From an uncultured bacterium (lineage in GTDB: Bacteria > Actinomycetota > Coriobacteriia > Coriobacteriales > Coriobacteriaceae), in NCBI GenBank assembly GCA_905215205.1, contig CAJMPK010000001.1:16407-80406 (forward strand): 64,000 nucleotides of DNA, in the 5' to 3' direction. Shown here piece after piece: positions 59,808-64,000 of this stretch. The position numbers and the translations under genes are program-made. The notes under the pieces are model-generated. The model was not told where the DNA came from, did not search any database, and saw only the letters and a list, made by a program, of their open reading frames with translations. Position 1 is the first letter of the stretch. Every line of letters begins with the position of its first letter.

Positions 59808-60311
59808 CTATTGCTCTTGCCCCAAGCGGACAAAGTGGGAAAAGTCGTTGGCGGCCACGGCGTCGTACACGGCGTCGACGGCGTCAAAGACTTCCGGGGA
59901 CATGGGGTTGTAGAACTCCGTATCGCCCGGCTGAATTCCTATGAAGACGATATCTTCGCACGATTGCTCAATCTCTTCGATCAGAATCGACAAAGGGAGC
60001 GAATGCGTGGTGAACATCGACTTGCGGGCCACATCACGTTTGTCGAGCAAGCGGATGGCGCCGACGGGCAGCGCCATGTCGGCGGCATCGACCAAGACCA
60101 GACGCGGCGGACGCTCGCGCTTGACCTCGATGATGTCGTCCTCGGGCGTTTGGCCTCCGTCGATGGTGTACCAACCGGCGATGGGTGCGTCTTCCATCTT
60201 TTTGGAGAGCACGGGGCCGGTGGCATCGTCGGCACGCAGCACGCTTCCCGCCGTGAGCACGATACCCGCAAACGGGGCGCCGTTCACGCGTCCATCCACA
60301 ACGCGACCCAT
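59808..60311 (-). CDS. hycI: Hydrogenase maturation endopeptidase
   Basis: LRADD, LVDAADM, TTHSLPL, IGIQP. Confidence 0.88.
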   Translation of the reverse strand: MGRVVDGRVNGAPFAGIVLTAGSVLRADDATGPVLSKKMEDAPIAGWYTIDGGQTPEDDIIEVKRERPPRLVLVDAADMALPVGAIRLLDKRDVARKSMFTTHSLPLSILIEEIEQSCEDIVFIGIQPGDTEFYNPMSPEVFDAVDAVYDAVAANDFSHFVRLGQEQ

Positions 60312-60892
60312 TACTGCAACCTCCCCGTCAGATACACGCCCGACACGTCGCGCACGCGCTCAACCAGATCGCGAAACTTCATTAAGAACGCGACCTGCTG
60401 GGCATGCAGGCCAAAGTCGTCATCGAACACCGAGATGCCAGCCTTGGCCGAGCCGCGAAAACCGCGCTCGTCGAGCAGCGTGTCGCAGGCCTCGAGCAGC
60501 GACGGCACCGCCGCCTTGTCGAGCTGGCACTCGCCAAAGGAGCGGATGGCCTCGAACTTGGTCTTGGCCTCCCCCTCTGGTAGCACGTCGACGAGCGAAT
60601 AGAACACGTTCACCGGCACCGACAGGCGCGGCTCAAAGCAGTCGAGCACGCCGGTGTGGTGGCCCACGGCGAGCGTGTAGTACAGCACGTCGCAGGCCTC
60701 CTGGGGAACGTCTTCCTCGGTCTCCACAAACTTACGCGTGAGCTCATAGAAGACCACCTGGTCGGGCGCATGACCCAGGCAGGGGTCGGCGACGCCTTCG
60801 GCGGCCTCGTCGCTTGCGCGCGAGGCATCGCCAAAGGAGCCGCCGAGCATGCCGGGGCCCGCAAAGTAACCAGAGCGGTCCGTGAGCTCCAT
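60311..60892 (-). CDS. hycH: Formate hydrogenlyase maturation protein
   Basis: VVFYELTRKFV and YYTLAVGHHTGVLDC motifs. Confidence 0.85.
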   Translation of the reverse strand: MELTDRSGYFAGPGMLGGSFGDASRASDEAAEGVADPCLGHAPDQVVFYELTRKFVETEEDVPQEACDVLYYTLAVGHHTGVLDCFEPRLSVPVNVFYSLVDVLPEGEAKTKFEAIRSFGECQLDKAAVPSLLEACDTLLDERGFRGSAKAGISVFDDDFGLHAQQVAFLMKFRDLVERVRDVSGVYLTGRLQ

Positions 60893-61675
60893 CTAGCGAC
60901 CTCCGGCCAGCACCAGATCCTGCAGCGCCGAGTAGACCTCAACGCGGCGCGGATCGTCCTGCTTGTCGATGAGCAGCGCCATAGCACCGCGGATATCGCC
61001 CTTGGGCGCGCCCTCGAGCGTATCCATAAACTCATTGGCCAGGTCACGGCCGTAACGGTAGCCGCTCATGGCGCGAGCTTCGCGCTCGATGGCAACGCGC
61101 AGCTTGTACGGCACACCGGGGTGCAGGATATCGGCCTGCTCGCCGGCGGCCTCCACCGTGGTCTCGGCATGGAGCTTTTGGTCCAGCAGACCGAGCGCCA
61201 TGGCAAAGCCGTAGATGGTCTGCGCGGGGCTGGGCGGGCAGCCGGGGATATAGACATCGACCGGCAAGATCTTGTCCGTGCCGCCCCAGACGCAGTAGTT
61301 GTCGTAGAAGATGCCGCCGGTGCAGCCGCACGCGCCATAGGACACCACGATCTTGGGATCGGGTGCGGCCTCAAAGGCGCGCAGGGCCGGCATGCGCATG
61401 GCACGCGTCACGGCACCGGTGTACAGCAGCACGTCGGCGTGACGGGGCGAGGGCACGACCTTGATGCCAAAGCGCTCGACGTCGAAGACGGGCGTGATGG
61501 AACCGAAGATCTCGATCTCGCAGCCGTTGCAGCCGCCGCAGTCAACACGGTAGACGTACACCGAGCGCTTGATCTTCTTAAGAAGGGTCGCCTTGGCCTT
61601 CTCGATGCTCTCGTCGAGCTCGATCTTGGTCGGGCGGTACTGAAGCCGCTCGGGCAAAAGCGTGGGTTCGGCCAT
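60893..61675 (-). CDS. hycG: Group 4 [NiFe] hydrogenase small subunit
   Basis: DCGGCNGCEIE, SPRHAD, GAC and YIPGCPP motifs. Confidence 0.93.
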   Translation of the reverse strand: MAEPTLLPERLQYRPTKIELDESIEKAKATLLKKIKRSVYVYRVDCGGCNGCEIEIFGSITPVFDVERFGIKVVPSPRHADVLLYTGAVTRAMRMPALRAFEAAPDPKIVVSYGACGCTGGIFYDNYCVWGGTDKILPVDVYIPGCPPSPAQTIYGFAMALGLLDQKLHAETTVEAAGEQADILHPGVPYKLRVAIEREARAMSGYRYGRDLANEFMDTLEGAPKGDIRGAMALLIDKQDDPRRVEVYSALQDLVLAGGR

Positions 61676-61677
61676 GG

Positions 61678-62394
61678 TTACTCCTCCTTCGTATCAAAAT
61701 CCATGATGATGCCCTCGACCGGCGCCGGACCGGCGGGAATCTCGGGCGCATCGGGGTTGATCTCGCGGTCGATATACTCCGGGTTCACGCCGTGGCCGCC
61801 CAGATACTCCATGCCGGGGCCCTGGGGCTCGCCGGACGCAAGCGTCTCGTTGGCAGCCATGCCGTGCGCGTTGCCGGTCTTAACGGCCGAGGCGGCGCGC
61901 AGGGCGTCGAGCTCGCGCTTGCACTCCTGGCACACGCGCACGGTACGGGCGGCCTGCTCGGCCTCCATGCCGCCGGCCTTTTGCAGCAGGCGCTTGGCGT
62001 AGTCGATCTCCTTATGCGGAGCAAACGGCTTGCCGCAGCGCGAGCAGTGCTCGAGCGTGTAGACGCTCTTGCTGGTGAGGTCGTCCTTGCTCATGACGGC
62101 CAGCTCAAACTCCTCGGTGAGCTTGATGGCCTCCATGGGGCAGGCCTCCTCGCAGCGGCCGCAGAAGATGCAGCGACCGTAGTCGATCGACCAGGTGATG
62201 GTATCGGCCGCAAGGTCGGTGTCCATGCGAATGGCATCGGCCGGGCATGCCACGCCGCAGGCACCGCAGGCGATGCAGAGCTCGGCGTTGTGCTCGGGCT
62301 TGCCGCGCATGTCCTTGTTGGTGGGAAACGGCGCAAACGGGTACTTGACCGTCGCGTCGCCGGCCTTGGCGTTAACCTTCCAAAGCTTCAGCAT
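61678..62394 (-). CDS. hycF: 2x[4Fe-4S] ferredoxin-like subunit
   Basis: CIACGACGVACP and CIFCGRCEEACP, plus CSRC...CQEC; start ATG 62394. Confidence 0.9.
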   Translation of the reverse strand: MLKLWKVNAKAGDATVKYPFAPFPTNKDMRGKPEHNAELCIACGACGVACPADAIRMDTDLAADTITWSIDYGRCIFCGRCEEACPMEAIKLTEEFELAVMSKDDLTSKSVYTLEHCSRCGKPFAPHKEIDYAKRLLQKAGGMEAEQAARTVRVCQECKRELDALRAASAVKTGNAHGMAANETLASGEPQGPGMEYLGGHGVNPEYIDREINPDAPEIPAGPAPVEGIIMDFDTKEE

Positions 62395-62395
62395 A

Positions 62396-64000
62396 TTAGA
62401 GCGCCTCCTCATCGAGCGGGGCGGCCATAGTGCCCTCGCCCGCAAGCGGCGACTTGTCGCGCCAGACGTTCTCGAACTGCTCCTTGTCAAGCACGTGGTC
62501 GCGCTTGGCGGCGACATCGGTCACCGTCACGCGGTCGGTGCAGGAGTAGCAAGGGTCGAGCGAGCCGACGATCAGCGCCGCGTCGCCCACGGTGTTGCCG
62601 CGGAACATGTAGCGCAGGACCGGCCAGTTGCTGTACGTGGCGGCCTTGGCGCGCCAGCGGTAGCACTTCTGGTTATTGCCGAGCATCGCCCAGTGCACGT
62701 CCTCGCCGCGCGGCGCCTCGGTGGCGCCGATGGCGTACTTGTGCGGGGTGTACTCCCAATCCGTGGTGAGGATGGGGCCCGACGGGCAGTTCTCGAGCAT
62801 GGTCTCGATCATGTCGATCGAATCGTAGACCTCCTGGATGCGAACGGCGGTACGGCCGAAGGCATCGCAGGTGTCGGCCGTAGCGGCGTGCATCTTTTGG
62901 ACATCCGGATCGGCGTAGCCGTCGAAGGGATGGTCAAAGCGCACGTCGCGAGCATAGCCCGAGCCACGCATGAGCGGGCCGACCGGCGAGAAGTCGCGAG
63001 CGATCTTGCGATCCAGAATGCCGATACCGCTCGTACGCTCAATAAAGTTGGGCGTGGAGAGCAAGACGTCGACGAGCTCCTGAACCTCGGATCGCAGCTG
63101 GTGGATGGTCGTGAGCGTGGAGAGCTTCTGCTCGGCCAAAATGTCGCGACGCACGCCGCCGATCACGTTGAGGCCGTAGGTCTTGCGGTGACCGGAGAGC
63201 TTCTCGGCCAGGTCCATGGACTTCTCGCGGACGCGGAAGAACTGCTGGAAGCCGGAGTCGAAGCCCGTGTAGTGCGACGCCAGGCCAATGTTGAGCAGAT
63301 GCGAATGCAGACGCTCGACCTCGAGCATGATAGCGCGGATGTACTGGGCGCGCGGCGGGACATGAATGCCCTGGGCGCGCTCAACGGCCTCGGCATAGGC
63401 CACCGAGTGGGCGCAGCCGCAGATACCGCAGATGCGGTCGGCGAGGAACGTCACGGCGTCGTAGTTCAGACGCGTCTCGGCGACCTTCTCCATGCCGCGG
63501 TGCACGTAGAACAGACGGTAGTCGGCATCGACGATCGTCTCGCCCTCGACGAACAGGCGGAAGTGGCCGGGCTCGTCGGAGGTAATGTGCAACGGGCCCA
63601 TGGGGACGAGCGTCGTCTCCTTGCCCTTGGTGTCGGCCAAGAACTCGTAGTTTTCCATGTCACTCGCGGGAGCGGGACGGAAACGGTAGTCCATGGAGTC
63701 CTTGCGCAGCGGATACAGGCCGCTGGGCCAATCGTCGGGCAGTACCAGGCGACGACGATCGGGCAGACCCTCGGGAATCAGGCCGAACATGTCGCGCAGC
63801 TCGCGCTCGCCCCACACGCAGGCGGGGACGAACGGCGTCACGGACGGGAACGTCATCTTGGCGGGATCGACCTCGGTGCGCACGGTCACCCAGCCGGGGT
63901 CCTCTCCCTCCATGGAGATGACGTAGTACACGGCGTAACGGCCGCACAGGCTGCGCTCATCGTTGCCGATGATCACGGGAATCCAGCCGTAGCGCTCGTA
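62396..64000 (-). CDS. hycE: Group 4 [NiFe] hydrogenase large subunit (5' end outside window)
   Basis: RICGICGCAH and DPCYSCTDR Ni-binding motifs with a C-terminal extension. Confidence 0.95.
   Translation of the reverse strand, partial: YERYGWIPVIIGNDERSLCGRYAVYYVISMEGEDPGWVTVRTEVDPAKMTFPSVTPFVPACVWGERELRDMFGLIPEGLPDRRRLVLPDDWPSGLYPLRKDSMDYRFRPAPASDMENYEFLADTKGKETTLVPMGPLHITSDEPGHFRLFVEGETIVDADYRLFYVHRGMEKVAETRLNYDAVTFLADRICGICGCAHSVAYAEAVERAQGIHVPPRAQYIRAIMLEVERLHSHLLNIGLASHYTGFDSGFQQFFRVREKSMDLAEKLSGHRKTYGLNVIGGVRRDILAEQKLSTLTTIHQLRSEVQELVDVLLSTPNFIERTSGIGILDRKIARDFSPVGPLMRGSGYARDVRFDHPFDGYADPDVQKMHAATADTCDAFGRTAVRIQEVYDSIDMIETMLENCPSGPILTTDWEYTPHKYAIGATEAPRGEDVHWAMLGNNQKCYRWRAKAATYSNWPVLRYMFRGNTVGDAALIVGSLDPCYSCTDRVTVTDVAAKRDHVLDKEQFENVWRDKSPLAGEGTMAAPLDEEAL

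Overview
High-GC chromosomal window, most consistent with a gut Coriobacteriia genome (Collinsella-like; inferred from codon style and gene content). In order it holds: a Gram-positive-type pel exopolysaccharide operon (pelD-E-DUF2194-F-G, minus strand, cut at the left edge); a low-GC toxin-antitoxin-chaperone (RelE/HigB, HigA, SecB-like) module with a perfect 34-bp operator palindrome; an IS256-family element with no target duplication; and a mosaic Wzx/Wzy polysaccharide locus of about 18 kb led by a NusG/LoaP-like antiterminator, including fnlABC and three acyl/acetyltransferases each frameshifted at a poly-G tract. Then come thrS, a 14-copy alternating inverted 15-bp repeat array with 40-bp period, a GlpA-like oxidoreductase operon, a prolidase, folC, valS, clpX, clpP, tig, tRNA-Leu, a xanthine-dehydrogenase-family pair and gdhA. 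The right end has a selenium/molybdenum cluster (DUF3343-like gene, mobA, an atypical selC, selB, selA, Mo-bisPGD oxidoreductase), a formate channel and the 3' part of a hyc-type group 4 hydrogenase operon. Several families of structured intergenic palindromes are also present. All calls come from reading the sequence by eye; no searches were run.
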